A DNA stretch of 64,000 bases from an uncultured Candidatus Saccharibacteria bacterium (lineage in GTDB: Bacteria; Patescibacteriota; CPR2; UBA1875; CAIMLA01). The stretch is taken from contig CAZQLQ010000001.1 in NCBI GenBank assembly GCA_964594415.1, forward strand, positions 28,850 to 92,849. The letters run 5' to 3'. A model generated the notes under the pieces. It made no database searches. It was not told the DNA's origin and saw only the letters and a program-made list of their open reading frames with translations. Numbering within the stretch: the first letter of the stretch is position 1; each line of letters begins with the position of its first letter. Both the position numbers and the translations under genes were made by a program. This document shows positions 29,319-39,713 of this stretch, piece by piece.

Positions 29319-30491
29319 TTGCTTTGTCCAAAATGTAAAAAAGAGATTGTTTTAGCTGGAAACCGGTATGTGTGTACCGATTGTGGTATTGAAATCCCTG
29401 AAAGTGAGGTACTGGCTAGTGATAATGGCCTTCCTGATCTTGATGGCAATGGTCGGTTGATCGACATTATAAGTGACGATGTCAAAAAAAGTTCTAGTGG
29501 AGCTGACATCTCGCAATCATATGGCGCCCAGGGGGCAGCTTCCTCGTCATCGACGTCAATAAATGGTCCTAAGAATTCTAGTGGTACGCCTAGATCGATG
29601 GACGGTATTATCAAAAATAATACTGTAACACAATCTAGTCAGAATTCTTACCAAAATAGCTCTGATTTTGAAGGAAATATTAATAAGAATAGTACTCCGC
29701 TGAGCAATAAAGGTACTCAAAAAGTTCTCTCTACCCAAAAAGATAATTCCGTTACTCATCTAGAAGAAATGACGCCGCCAATGGATCCTTTTAGCTCAGC
29801 AGAAGGCACTAAAAAAACTGATTCCGATATTTTTAGGAATCCTATCTTTGATGAGAAAATCCCTATTCAGGAAGACAGAAAAAAGAATATAGATACGGAA
29901 GTTAAGACAACTAATAAATATCTAGTAATCGTTATTTTCGGAATAATCTTAGTAGGCGGGCTTATCTTTGGGGGAGTATATTCTTACTATACGCTTTCAA
30001 AAAAAGTATCCGCGGATAAATTGGTAACAACCACTACTATTCCCGAATGGACAGAATATAGCGATCCTGCAGATAAATTTGTATTAACATTACCGGGAGA
30101 CCCTGTGGTATCGCAAAATGATATTGCTTTATCTGGTACAACAATAAGTTCTAGCTATGTTACCTCTGCGGTTAGCGATGTGCAATATATTCTTCAATAT
30201 TCCACTCTACCAGACAATTTTGTGGTAACAAGCTTAAACGAGTTCTATCAGGGGATACTTATTGGAATGTTGGGTGATAGTGCGGGAGAAATAGTCAGTA
30301 ATAAAGAGGCGCAATTCTTAGAAAACAAGGGATGTGAGTTTCTCGTAAAAATAGGGGATAACTATTCAAGCGGGAAAATGGTTTTGATTAATAAAGAACT
30401 TTATGTAATATTGGTAATTTCAAAGACAGATGCTCCAAGTGATTATGACAAGTTTATTAATTCTTTTGAACTAAAACATAAGGAAGTCTGA
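29319..30491 (+). CDS. Zinc-ribbon / disordered linker / TM / extracellular domain protein
   Basis: CPKC..CTDC at N-terminus, Ser/Asn-rich linker, single TM, PsbP-like C-terminus. Confidence 0.8.
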   Translation: MLCPKCKKEIVLAGNRYVCTDCGIEIPESEVLASDNGLPDLDGNGRLIDIISDDVKKSSSGADISQSYGAQGAASSSSTSINGPKNSSGTPRSMDGIIKNNTVTQSSQNSYQNSSDFEGNINKNSTPLSNKGTQKVLSTQKDNSVTHLEEMTPPMDPFSSAEGTKKTDSDIFRNPIFDEKIPIQEDRKKNIDTEVKTTNKYLVIVIFGIILVGGLIFGGVYSYYTLSKKVSADKLVTTTTIPEWTEYSDPADKFVLTLPGDPVVSQNDIALSGTTISSSYVTSAVSDVQYILQYSTLPDNFVVTSLNEFYQGILIGMLGDSAGEIVSNKEAQFLENKGCEFLVKIGDNYSSGKMVLINKELYVILVISKTDAPSDYDKFINSFELKHKEV

Positions 30492-31783
30492 TGAAAATAA
30501 CTGACGTTAAGGCTATACAAATACTTGATTCAAGGGGCAACCCTACGATCAAAGCTTACGTAAGTGTTGGCGGTGTTTGGGGGGAGTTTGCAGCTCCTAG
30601 CGGAGCTTCTACCGGTATACATGAAGCGCTTGAGTTAAGGGACGGCAAAAAAAAATATAACGGTCTCGGTGTAGAAAGAGCGATAGCTAATATTGTCGGA
30701 CCAATAAAAGAGGCTGTCGTTGGCCTTGAAGTTACAAACCAAAGAACATTAGATAACGTTTTAATCAAGCTCGATGGCACTGAAAATAAGGGTAATTTGG
30801 GGGCAAATGCAATTCTTGCGGTTTCGGGCGCTGCGACTAGAGCGGCGACAAATGCTTTGAATATTCCTCTTTATCAATATTTATATTCTATTTATGAGAA
30901 CGATGGAATTTGGCGAGATAGTAGAGAAGTTTCAAAGGAAAAGTATATTTTGCCAGAGATGTATTTTAATATAATAAACGGTGGTAAACACGCTGAAAAT
31001 AATATCGATATTCAGGAATCAATGATTGTCCCTCATGCAAAAACGATTGCTGATAGAGTCCGGATTGCCAGTGAGGTATACAGCTCTCTAAGAAATTTGT
31101 TAAAGGGAATGAGTCTCCAAACAGGGCTTGGTGATGAGGGGGGATTTGCTCCAAATCTTGATTCAAACACAAAAGCCATAGAGATTATTTTGGAAGCTAT
31201 TGAAAAAGCTGGCTATAGAAAAGGCGAGGATGTTTCAATCGCTCTGGATATCGCAGCATCGGAAATATACGAAGACAGCAAGGATAAAAAATATATTTTA
31301 GCTAGTGAAAATGTGGCACTTTCCTCATTACAGCTTACTAGTTGGTACAAGGAGCTTATCTCAAAGTATCCAATTATTTCTATAGAAGATGGACTTGCAG
31401 AGGATGATTGGGAAGGGTGGAAGCTTATGACCGAACGGATAGGCGATAAGATTCAGCTCGTAGGTGACGATCTCTTTGTTACCAATGTATCCAGGATAAG
31501 AGAGGGACTTGATCATGGAGTTGCAAATGCTGTACTAATTAAAATTAATCAAGTCGGAACAATTACGGAAACTCTTGATGCGATTAGATTGGCAACCCAA
31601 AATGGTTATAAAGCGATGATTTCGCATAGGAGCGGAGAAACTCCCGATTCTTTTATAGCGGATCTTGTAGTTGCTACGGGTGTCGCTCAAATGAAAGCTG
31701 GCGCACCAGCAAGAGGAGAAAGAACAGCAAAGTATAATCGTCTGATTGAAATAGAAAATGAAATTCTAGAAAATACAAAATAG
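30491..31783 (+). CDS. eno: Enolase
   Basis: DSRGNPT, PSGASTG, GDEGGFAP, VGDDLFVTN, SHRSGET. Confidence 0.98.
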   Translation: MKITDVKAIQILDSRGNPTIKAYVSVGGVWGEFAAPSGASTGIHEALELRDGKKKYNGLGVERAIANIVGPIKEAVVGLEVTNQRTLDNVLIKLDGTENKGNLGANAILAVSGAATRAATNALNIPLYQYLYSIYENDGIWRDSREVSKEKYILPEMYFNIINGGKHAENNIDIQESMIVPHAKTIADRVRIASEVYSSLRNLLKGMSLQTGLGDEGGFAPNLDSNTKAIEIILEAIEKAGYRKGEDVSIALDIAASEIYEDSKDKKYILASENVALSSLQLTSWYKELISKYPIISIEDGLAEDDWEGWKLMTERIGDKIQLVGDDLFVTNVSRIREGLDHGVANAVLIKINQVGTITETLDAIRLATQNGYKAMISHRSGETPDSFIADLVVATGVAQMKAGAPARGERTAKYNRLIEIENEILENTK

Positions 31784-31821
31784 ACCGATTTGTGTATAAA
31801 TTAAATGGGAACTAATCTTTA

Positions 31822-33357
31822 ATGAACAGAAATGTTTTGCTTATTATTTTGGATGGCTGGGGTATAGCTCCTGCAAGCGAAAGCAACGCTATTTCGCTTT
31901 CAAATTTACCTAACTATAATTTGTATTGGAAAAAGTATCCGCATATCGAGCTTGCGGCGTCGGGGATTGCTGTCGGCCTGCCAGAAGGACAAATTGGCAA
32001 CTCTGAAGTTGGGCATTCAAATATCGGCGCTGGCAGAGTAATTCTTGAGGATCTTCCAAGGATTAATAGGGCTATTGATAACAAGTCCTTCTTTAAAAAC
32101 AAAGCACTTGTAGACGCCTGTGAGTATGCAAAAAGAACTAAAAATTCTCTTCATTTAATAGGGCTTGTTAGCCCTGGTGGCGTTCATTCGCATCAAAATC
32201 ATCTTTATGCCCTTCTTGAGCTAGCAAAAAAAGTGGGGGTCGAGAGTGTGTTCATACATGTAATAACCGACGGTAGGGATGTTGATCCAAAGAGTGCCCT
32301 AAGGTATGTCGTCCAGTTAGAGTCAAAGATTAAAAGAATCGGAGTCGGGGAAATTGCAACTGTTTGCGGCAGATATTATATGATGGATAGGGATAATAGG
32401 TGGAATAGGGTAGAAAAAGCTTATGGAATGTTGGTTATGGGAGAAGCGAAAGAGGCCCCATCTGCTAAAATAGCAATTAATGATTCTTACAAAAAAAATA
32501 TTACTGACGAATTTATTGAGCCTGTAATCATAAAAAAAGAGGGGTTGATTAAGGACAAAGACGCCGTCATTTTCTTTAATATAAGATCGGATAGACCAAG
32601 GGAGATCACTAAAGCACTAATCCAGAAGAAGTTTGACAGTTTTGTTAGAAGAAAGATTTTTGATAATCTGTATTTTGTGTCAATGACCGAATATGAAAAG
32701 GACCTCCCGGTAAAGGCAGTAGCCTTTGAGCCGCAAATAATAAAAAATTGCCTTGCGGAAGTATTGTCAAATAACGGTCTTACGCAGCTTCATATTGCAG
32801 AAACAGAAAAGTATGCGCATGTTACTTTTTTCTTCAACGGAGGGAGCGAGAAGCCGTTTCCTCATGAAAAAAGGGTTTTAGTCCCTTCTCCAAAAGTCGC
32901 TACTTATGATCTTGCTCCCGAGATGAACGCAAAAGGTGTTTGTGAAGGGATTCTTAATAATATAGGTCGCTACAATTTTATAGTTGCTAATTTTGCAAAT
33001 GCAGATATGGTAGGGCATACGGGGAATGTAGAAGCGGTTGTAAGATCTTGTGAAAAAGTTGATGAATGCCTGGGGAAAATTGTGAAAATGGCAGAGAAAT
33101 TTAATTACGAAACTTTAATTATTGCCGACCATGGTAATGCGGAAAAGATGAAAACAGACGATGGCGAGCCTCATACGGCACATACTACAAACAAGGTGCC
33201 ATTTATCTATATTGGAAACAGATATAAAATAAAAGAGGTGATAGAGCCAAAGCTTGGAAATGTCGCACCAACTATTCTTGAATTGATGTCCGTGAAAAAG
33301 CCAAAGGAGATGACAGAGAGCTCAATTCTAGATAAAATAAAATCAGGAGAGAAATAA
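31822..33357 (+). CDS. gpmI: 2,3-BPG-independent phosphoglycerate mutase
   Basis: ILDGWG, GNSEVGH, DGRD, AETEKYAHVT, DMVGH, ADHGN. Confidence 0.97.
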   Translation: MNRNVLLIILDGWGIAPASESNAISLSNLPNYNLYWKKYPHIELAASGIAVGLPEGQIGNSEVGHSNIGAGRVILEDLPRINRAIDNKSFFKNKALVDACEYAKRTKNSLHLIGLVSPGGVHSHQNHLYALLELAKKVGVESVFIHVITDGRDVDPKSALRYVVQLESKIKRIGVGEIATVCGRYYMMDRDNRWNRVEKAYGMLVMGEAKEAPSAKIAINDSYKKNITDEFIEPVIIKKEGLIKDKDAVIFFNIRSDRPREITKALIQKKFDSFVRRKIFDNLYFVSMTEYEKDLPVKAVAFEPQIIKNCLAEVLSNNGLTQLHIAETEKYAHVTFFFNGGSEKPFPHEKRVLVPSPKVATYDLAPEMNAKGVCEGILNNIGRYNFIVANFANADMVGHTGNVEAVVRSCEKVDECLGKIVKMAEKFNYETLIIADHGNAEKMKTDDGEPHTAHTTNKVPFIYIGNRYKIKEVIEPKLGNVAPTILELMSVKKPKEMTESSILDKIKSGEK

Positions 33358-33360
33358 TTT

Positions 33361-34341
33361 ATGCTAGATGTGATTACTATAGGCAGTGTATCTAGAGACG
33401 TCTTTTTCTTGACGAGAGAAGGAAGGGTAATAGATGATACAGTAATACCGGGAAAAAAATTTTTAGCATTTGAATATGGCTCTAAAATCATTCCTGAAAA
33501 TTCATTATTTACATATGGCGGTGCAGGTGCGAACACGGCAATTTCATTTTCGCTATTAGGACTTAAGACAGCGACAGTAGTAAATATAGGTTCTGAGGGG
33601 ACAGGAGACTTGGTTCTTGGTGATCTCAAGAAAGCTGGAGTTAATTGTAAGTTTGTGAATAGGGATAAAAACAACCATACCGCTCTCTCGATAATCATAG
33701 ATGTTCCGGGTGAAGATCATATAATGTTTTTACATAGGGGATCGAACGACTATATCAATATAAAAAATTGGAAAAAGCTAAAATCTAAGTGGATATATCT
33801 TTCTTCGCTTACCGGCGAGTCAACTGCTCTTATCCCCAAAATTTTTACTTTGAAAAAAGAAAAAGGGATTAAGATAGCTTGGAACCCAGGCAGTGAACAG
33901 TTATCGCTTGGATATAGCGGTCTGGCTGATTTTCTCTCACAAACAGACGTGCTGATATTGAATAGAAATGAAGCAACCAAACTGGCTCTTTCGAAAGACG
34001 GAAACGTTGACTTTTGCGACGAAAAGAGCTTGCTCAGGACGCTTTATGAGATGACTGGCGGGATTGTGGTTATAACTGATGGGCACAAGGGATCGTATGC
34101 TATTGATGGAAAGAATGAATACTTTGAGCCAATCAAAAAGGTAGAAGTTCTTGAAACTACTGGTGCCGGAGATGCTTTTGGGTCTACTTTTGTGACTGGC
34201 ATGATAAGGGGCTTTGATGTAAGGCAATGCATGGAGATGGCTTCTTTTAATTCGGCAAACGTAATAAGATTTATTGGCGCACAGGCTGGATTGATGACAA
34301 TACGGAGTCTAAGTGCTAAAATGAAAAAAGGCGGAAATTAG
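33361..34341 (+). CDS. PfkB/ribokinase-family carbohydrate kinase
   Basis: GGAGANTA, NPG, LNRNEA, ETTGAGDAF. Confidence 0.92.
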   Translation: MLDVITIGSVSRDVFFLTREGRVIDDTVIPGKKFLAFEYGSKIIPENSLFTYGGAGANTAISFSLLGLKTATVVNIGSEGTGDLVLGDLKKAGVNCKFVNRDKNNHTALSIIIDVPGEDHIMFLHRGSNDYINIKNWKKLKSKWIYLSSLTGESTALIPKIFTLKKEKGIKIAWNPGSEQLSLGYSGLADFLSQTDVLILNRNEATKLALSKDGNVDFCDEKSLLRTLYEMTGGIVVITDGHKGSYAIDGKNEYFEPIKKVEVLETTGAGDAFGSTFVTGMIRGFDVRQCMEMASFNSANVIRFIGAQAGLMTIRSLSAKMKKGGN

Positions 34342-34378
34342 TTATTAGCAAGAATTTTTTTACAACCTTGGGAGGGAG

Positions 34379-34879
34379 ATGAATAAAACAATAATTTTAA
34401 TTTTAAGTTTAGTAATGACCCTTTTGGTTATTGGCTCCGGTATTGGACTTATGTCATACCGACAATCTAAATACAAGGAAGAAAATAAAATCGTTCAGGC
34501 TAAAATAGATGAAAAACAAATGGAGTTGGACGCGATAAAGAAAGAAGTGGATGCAAACGGTTACAGACCATCTGATGTTGTAAATAATTTCTTCGATGAG
34601 CTAAATAGAAACGATGAGGATGCGGCGAGCTTATACCTGTCAAGCCAATACAACGTTGTTTTTGCCACGAAGTCACTTGATTTCGATTTTAAAACAGATC
34701 AACCTTTGCTTATGGAGACTAACACTTCAATCTCTGACGAAGATGCGATTGTAAACGTGAGCTTTGCCGTTAAGGGGAGCTCGGAATATGAAATTAGATT
34801 TTTTTATATTATAAAAGAAGATAATGTTTGGAAAATATCAAAAATCAAAAAAACAAGTGGGGTTCAGGAAGATGTATAA
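34379..34879 (+). CDS. Membrane-anchored protein, NTF2-like (DUF4878-type) domain
   Basis: TM, coiled coil, PSDVVNNFF..L, terminal KEDNVWKI. Confidence 0.7.
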   Translation: MNKTIILILSLVMTLLVIGSGIGLMSYRQSKYKEENKIVQAKIDEKQMELDAIKKEVDANGYRPSDVVNNFFDELNRNDEDAASLYLSSQYNVVFATKSLDFDFKTDQPLLMETNTSISDEDAIVNVSFAVKGSSEYEIRFFYIIKEDNVWKISKIKKTSGVQEDV

Positions 34880-35690
34880 AGCTAGAAAGCCAATATCTTC
34901 AAATAACCGTTTGAAGTCAATTCTTGGTGTAGTGCTAGTGCTTGCGATTTTGCTGATTTGCTTTGGGGCCTTGAAGTTAAGCAGTCTTAAACCTGCCAAC
35001 GGACAAAAGGTAGAGGTCAATATCGAAACTGGCGATCGCCCATTAAAAACAAATACGATTCTATACATTAATGCAGAAAACGGGTTGAGTTTAAGAAAAG
35101 ATCACAGTTCTGATTCTGAAAGACTGACAATTATCCCGAATAAGACAAGAGTCGAATCAACGGAAGAGCTTGATGGCTGGTACAAAATTACTTACAATGG
35201 AACAGAGGGTTGGATTTCCAAGGAATATACTACACTCACTGCACCACCTGAGGATCCAACAAAAGAATGGTCATATTATCTTGATACCAATAATGGGTTT
35301 AAAATCAAATACCCTAAGGGATGGAAATACCAAAATTACGGGTCAAACAATAACACGAAGGCCATATCGTTAATTGCCTTTAGTAATCAGGACCTGCCTT
35401 CTACATTACCCGAGGGAAGTGATTTTCTTGCTCCGGTTACATTGACGGTTTCTAGCTCAACATTCGAAGAGATAAACACTGCGCTATCATCTATTGATGG
35501 GGCTACAAAAGAAGACCTGAATGTCGGTTCTATAGCTGGAAAGAAGTATACATACATATCGGTAATTTCAAATACGCAAATGACAACGATCGTTTTTGAT
35601 ATAAACGGGAAAACAGTAGTCCTAAGTGAGCCCGGCGGCTACTTAGAAGATCTGCAAAAAATGGTATCAACACTTACTTTAGGAGCATAA
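34872..35690 (+). CDS. Membrane-anchored SH3b + PsbP-like domain protein
   Basis: GLSLR..GWYKITYNGTEGWISKEY (SH3b); GFKIKYPKGW; ATG 34872. Confidence 0.82.
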   Translation: MYKARKPISSNNRLKSILGVVLVLAILLICFGALKLSSLKPANGQKVEVNIETGDRPLKTNTILYINAENGLSLRKDHSSDSERLTIIPNKTRVESTEELDGWYKITYNGTEGWISKEYTTLTAPPEDPTKEWSYYLDTNNGFKIKYPKGWKYQNYGSNNNTKAISLIAFSNQDLPSTLPEGSDFLAPVTLTVSSSTFEEINTALSSIDGATKEDLNVGSIAGKKYTYISVISNTQMTTIVFDINGKTVVLSEPGGYLEDLQKMVSTLTLGA

Positions 35691-35691
35691 A

Positions 35692-36528
35692 ATGGTCGAT
35701 ACGATTAATCCAAATGCACAAACACCGGAACCGCCTTCAGAAGGGGGCGATCTTAATCAAACTTCAAATACGGCCTCGACGCCTACTTCTTCTGGAGCAG
35801 GATTTTATAACGGGTTTGATAGACCAGATAGTACGCGAATCAACTTAGCGGGCGATAATCCGGGAAAAGTAGAGAGGATTGGAAATGACGAATATGACAG
35901 ATTGGCGAATCAGAAACTAGTAGGAAGCGTCCCGCCTGAAAAGGATTTTGACAACGGGGAAAATCTATCAAATCTGGATCCAAAGCTACAAGAGATAAAA
36001 ATTGAACCAAAACCTGAGTCGAAGTTCAACGAATTACCGCCGAAAGACATTTTAGAAAAAGAAGATGATGCGAATGGCGTAACGAATCCGGCTAGCGTTG
36101 GGTCCCAAGCTCCTCATTTTGCTCCGGTTGAACCTAAAGAACCGATGACTCCTTCGGTAAAGATAAACGAGAAGGAGCCTTTGAACGTAAAAGCTATTTT
36201 GATGATTCTCTTTGGAGGAATAGCTGTTGCAGCAATAGTCGGGTTTCTAAGCTATTATTTTTCAGGGTTGTATTATGACAAGAAGATTGATGAACAAGAG
36301 AAAAAACTTTCGGAAATTGAAGAACAGATTAATACGCTAAATCAGGGGCCAGCTCCTCTTACTCCTTCTACGACGTCTACAACCGTTCCTTCTTCAACTA
36401 CTACCACAATTCCTTCGGCAACGACGACTACGAAGCAAATAGTTGTTCCATCGACTACAACGACAACCACTACAACCACAACAAAGGCTATAACACCGGC
36501 TACAACGATTCCAGGCGGACTCGGTTAA
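35692..36528 (+). CDS. Hypothetical single-TM protein with Pro-rich N-terminus and Thr-rich tail
   Basis: Disordered N-terminus, TM, coiled coil, poly-Thr tail. Confidence 0.8.
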   Translation: MVDTINPNAQTPEPPSEGGDLNQTSNTASTPTSSGAGFYNGFDRPDSTRINLAGDNPGKVERIGNDEYDRLANQKLVGSVPPEKDFDNGENLSNLDPKLQEIKIEPKPESKFNELPPKDILEKEDDANGVTNPASVGSQAPHFAPVEPKEPMTPSVKINEKEPLNVKAILMILFGGIAVAAIVGFLSYYFSGLYYDKKIDEQEKKLSEIEEQINTLNQGPAPLTPSTTSTTVPSSTTTTIPSATTTTKQIVVPSTTTTTTTTTTKAITPATTIPGGLG

Positions 36529-36546
36529 TCAAGATAGGAGGATATT

Positions 36547-38622
36547 TTGCTCAACAGAGATTTTCTTAACCCAAAATCTGTGGCTATAATTGGTGCTTCT
36601 TCAAACCCAGAGAAGATTGGATTTAATCTTGTAAAGAATATCATCGATGGAGGATACAAAGGAAGAATTTATCCCGTTAATCCAAATGAGGATAATATTT
36701 TAGGCCATAAGGTCTATCCTAGTGTTGGTGGAATTATCGATGAAATCAGTCTTGCTGTTATCGTAGTTCCTGCAAAAATTGTTGCGGAAGTGATTTTGGA
36801 ATGCGGGAAAAAGAAAGTTAAAAATGTAATAATAATTTCTGCTGGATTTGGAGAAGCAGGTGAAGAGGGAATAAGTCGGCAAACAGAAATCATCAATATT
36901 GCAGAAGAATATGATATCCAAATACTGGGACCGAATTGTCTCGGTATTATTGATCCAACATATTCCCTCAATGCTTCTTTTGCGAAAAAAATGCCTAAAA
37001 AAGGGAATATTGCTGTATTATCCCAAAGCGGAGCTACCTGTACTGCTATTTTGGATTGGGCAGAAAAAGAGGGAGTAGGATTTTCTCATTTTATTAGCTT
37101 GGGGAATAAAGCTAGTTTAAACGAAAACGAGTTCATAGAATATCTGGCGAGCGACAAAGAGACGAAGGTGGTTGTTGGCTATCTTGAGTCGATCAGTGAT
37201 GGAAAACGCTTTTTAGAACTTGCTAAAAGACTAACGAGCAGAAAGCCATTCATATTACTAAAATCAGGAAGAAGTGCAAGAGGACAAAAAGCAGCAAGTT
37301 CCCACACAGGGGCTATTGCTTCCGACGATATCATTCTTGATTTAGCTTTTGAAGAAGCGGGAATAATAAGGGCGGATTCACTGGAAGATATTTTTGAATG
37401 GGCAACGATTTTTTCTACCATGGAGCTTCCAAAGAACAAGGAAGTCTTGATAATTACTAATGCTGGTGGACCAGCAGTAATGGCAACTGATGCAATGGAG
37501 GAGAATAAGAATATCTTTTTTTATAATCTTTCTGAAAGACAGAGAAATGCACTTGAGCGAGTATTGCCTTTGGGCTCTAGTATTTCAAATCCGCTTGATA
37601 TATTAGGAGATGCAGATAGTAAAAGGTTCAAAGCTGTCTTGCCGATATTAAACGAAGGCAATTCATCGGGAATGGATATAATAATTTTAACGCCGCAAAC
37701 AAGCACGGATGCCGAAAACATAGCAAAAATTATTGTTGAAGAAGGGATGGGAAAAGCAATAGTGGTGCTTCTGGGCGGTAAGAGTTTTGAAAAAGCTGAA
37801 ATTGTTTTAGCCGAAGGGAACGTTCCGACTTTTCTTTATCCTGATAGAGCAGTTCGTGCGGTTGACAAGCTTATTTTATACGCATCTAACCTTAATAAGA
37901 ATCAGGAAAAAAATAATTTTTCTCCAAGTGGCAAAGAAATGGCAGAGAAAATAGTAGGGCTTAATACAAATCTTAATGATATAGAGATTTCTGAACTTAT
38001 GAAGGCTTACGATATTCCAGTTTTAGTGCCTAGAATAGCAAATACTTGTGAAGAAGCTCAATGCTTTGCTAAAGAAATCGGGTATCCGGTTGTTCTCAAA
38101 ATAGCATCTCCAGATATTTTGCATAAGACTGATGCCGGCGGTGTAGAATTGAATATTAGCGATCCGGAAACGTTAGAAAGGAAGTTCAAAAAAATACTTC
38201 TTAGCGTTAAACATTATGATCCAAGCGCCAAAATTATGGGAGTTTCTGTTTCTAAGATGGTGGAGCCAGGAATCGAAGTTGCGATCGGCGCGAAAAGAGA
38301 TCCTGTTTTCGGGCCAGTTGTTATGTTTGGTCTCGGAGGTATTTATATTGAGATTCTCAAAGATTTTAAATTAGGACTTGCTCCTTTGAGTATCGAGAAA
38401 GCAATAGATATGATTAAAGGGATCAGATCTTTCAAGTTGCTTGACGGCTTCAGAGGTGGAGAGAGATATGACATCTTGCCAATAGCCAGGATTATCTCTT
38501 CACTTTCTATTATGATGACAGACTTTGACCAAATTATGGAAATAGATATTAACCCTCTTCGAATTGAAGAAACCAGCAAGACGATTTACGGTCTAGACGC
38601 AAAAGTTATTTTCAAAAAGTGA
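36547..38622 (+). CDS. Acetate-CoA ligase (ADP-forming), fused alpha/beta
   Basis: PKSVAIIGAS, GPNCLG, SQSGA, SHTG phospho-His, ATP-grasp HKTDAGGV, EIDINP. Confidence 0.92.
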   Translation: MLNRDFLNPKSVAIIGASSNPEKIGFNLVKNIIDGGYKGRIYPVNPNEDNILGHKVYPSVGGIIDEISLAVIVVPAKIVAEVILECGKKKVKNVIIISAGFGEAGEEGISRQTEIINIAEEYDIQILGPNCLGIIDPTYSLNASFAKKMPKKGNIAVLSQSGATCTAILDWAEKEGVGFSHFISLGNKASLNENEFIEYLASDKETKVVVGYLESISDGKRFLELAKRLTSRKPFILLKSGRSARGQKAASSHTGAIASDDIILDLAFEEAGIIRADSLEDIFEWATIFSTMELPKNKEVLIITNAGGPAVMATDAMEENKNIFFYNLSERQRNALERVLPLGSSISNPLDILGDADSKRFKAVLPILNEGNSSGMDIIILTPQTSTDAENIAKIIVEEGMGKAIVVLLGGKSFEKAEIVLAEGNVPTFLYPDRAVRAVDKLILYASNLNKNQEKNNFSPSGKEMAEKIVGLNTNLNDIEISELMKAYDIPVLVPRIANTCEEAQCFAKEIGYPVVLKIASPDILHKTDAGGVELNISDPETLERKFKKILLSVKHYDPSAKIMGVSVSKMVEPGIEVAIGAKRDPVFGPVVMFGLGGIYIEILKDFKLGLAPLSIEKAIDMIKGIRSFKLLDGFRGGERYDILPIARIISSLSIMMTDFDQIMEIDINPLRIEETSKTIYGLDAKVIFKK

Positions 38623-38657
38623 TAATTCGATTAATATTATAATATTGAGGAGGGTTC

Positions 38658-39713
38658 TTGGGGGCTAATAAAAGTAATAGATTGTTACTAACAGGTAATG
38701 AAGTAGTTCTTAGGGCGGCGCTGGTTGCAGGTGCTAATTTTTTTGCTGGCTATCCAATTACGCCAACAACGGAGGTTTTGAGCGGGTGGGCAAAAGAAGC
38801 GGTTAAAAATAAAAACCTAGGTTTCCTACAGACAGAGGATGAAACAGCGGCTGGAATGGCGGTTATTGGTGCAGTATTGGCCGGAAAAAAGGCTTGGACT
38901 ACAACAGCTGGCATAGGACACGTTTTAATGCAGGATCCCTTATCTCTAGCCGAATCGCAGAGAATACCGTTTGTAGCGTATATAGGACAGCGTGGAGGGC
39001 CTTCCACAGGGACTGTTTTATTTTCTCAACAAGAGTTAACTTTGGCACGTTTTGGTGGTAATGGGGAGGGACTTAGGATAGTGTATGCGCCTTCCAATTT
39101 GCAAGAATTATATCTTCTTACACAAAAAGCTTTTAATGCAGCGTGGAAGTATAGATTCCCAACAATTATTCTTGGGGACGGCTATCTTTCCAAAACGCAA
39201 AGCGAAGTAAATGTAGAGGAGAAATTGTCTCAAGTTCAAGCTACCCCAATAGTCTTAAATGGTCCTGTAAAAAATATGCGCAATTGTTTTTCAAGAGAGG
39301 ATGAACTAGCTGACTATCTAAAGGTATTATTTAACGATTTTGCTATTGCTAGCAAAGAATTGGTTGAGTCAGAATCTTACGAAACAGCTGACGCCGAAAT
39401 TGTTGTTTTCGCGTGGGGCACAGTAGGATATGCTGCCAAAATTGCTGTCAGAAACCTAAGAAAAGAAGGGGTCAAGGCAGGTTTGTTTAGACCTATTACA
39501 ATGCGACCGTTTGATGCAGAAAATGCTATTAAATCAGTAGAAAAAGCTAAATTCGTATTGATCGTAGAATCAAGCGCCGGTCATTTTGGTAGGATTGTCA
39601 GAGAAACGCTTGCTCAATCAACCGATGCGACATTTAAAAGGTTCTATAAGCCCGTTGAAGGAATTACAACTGAAGAAATTGAAATAAAGACAAAAGAGGT
39701 TATAAATGCTTGA
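38658..39713 (+). CDS. 2-oxoacid:ferredoxin oxidoreductase, alpha subunit
   Basis: TGNE, FAGYPITPT, QTEDE, QRGGPSTG. Confidence 0.93.
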   Translation: MGANKSNRLLLTGNEVVLRAALVAGANFFAGYPITPTTEVLSGWAKEAVKNKNLGFLQTEDETAAGMAVIGAVLAGKKAWTTTAGIGHVLMQDPLSLAESQRIPFVAYIGQRGGPSTGTVLFSQQELTLARFGGNGEGLRIVYAPSNLQELYLLTQKAFNAAWKYRFPTIILGDGYLSKTQSEVNVEEKLSQVQATPIVLNGPVKNMRNCFSREDELADYLKVLFNDFAIASKELVESESYETADAEIVVFAWGTVGYAAKIAVRNLRKEGVKAGLFRPITMRPFDAENAIKSVEKAKFVLIVESSAGHFGRIVRETLAQSTDATFKRFYKPVEGITTEEIEIKTKEVINA

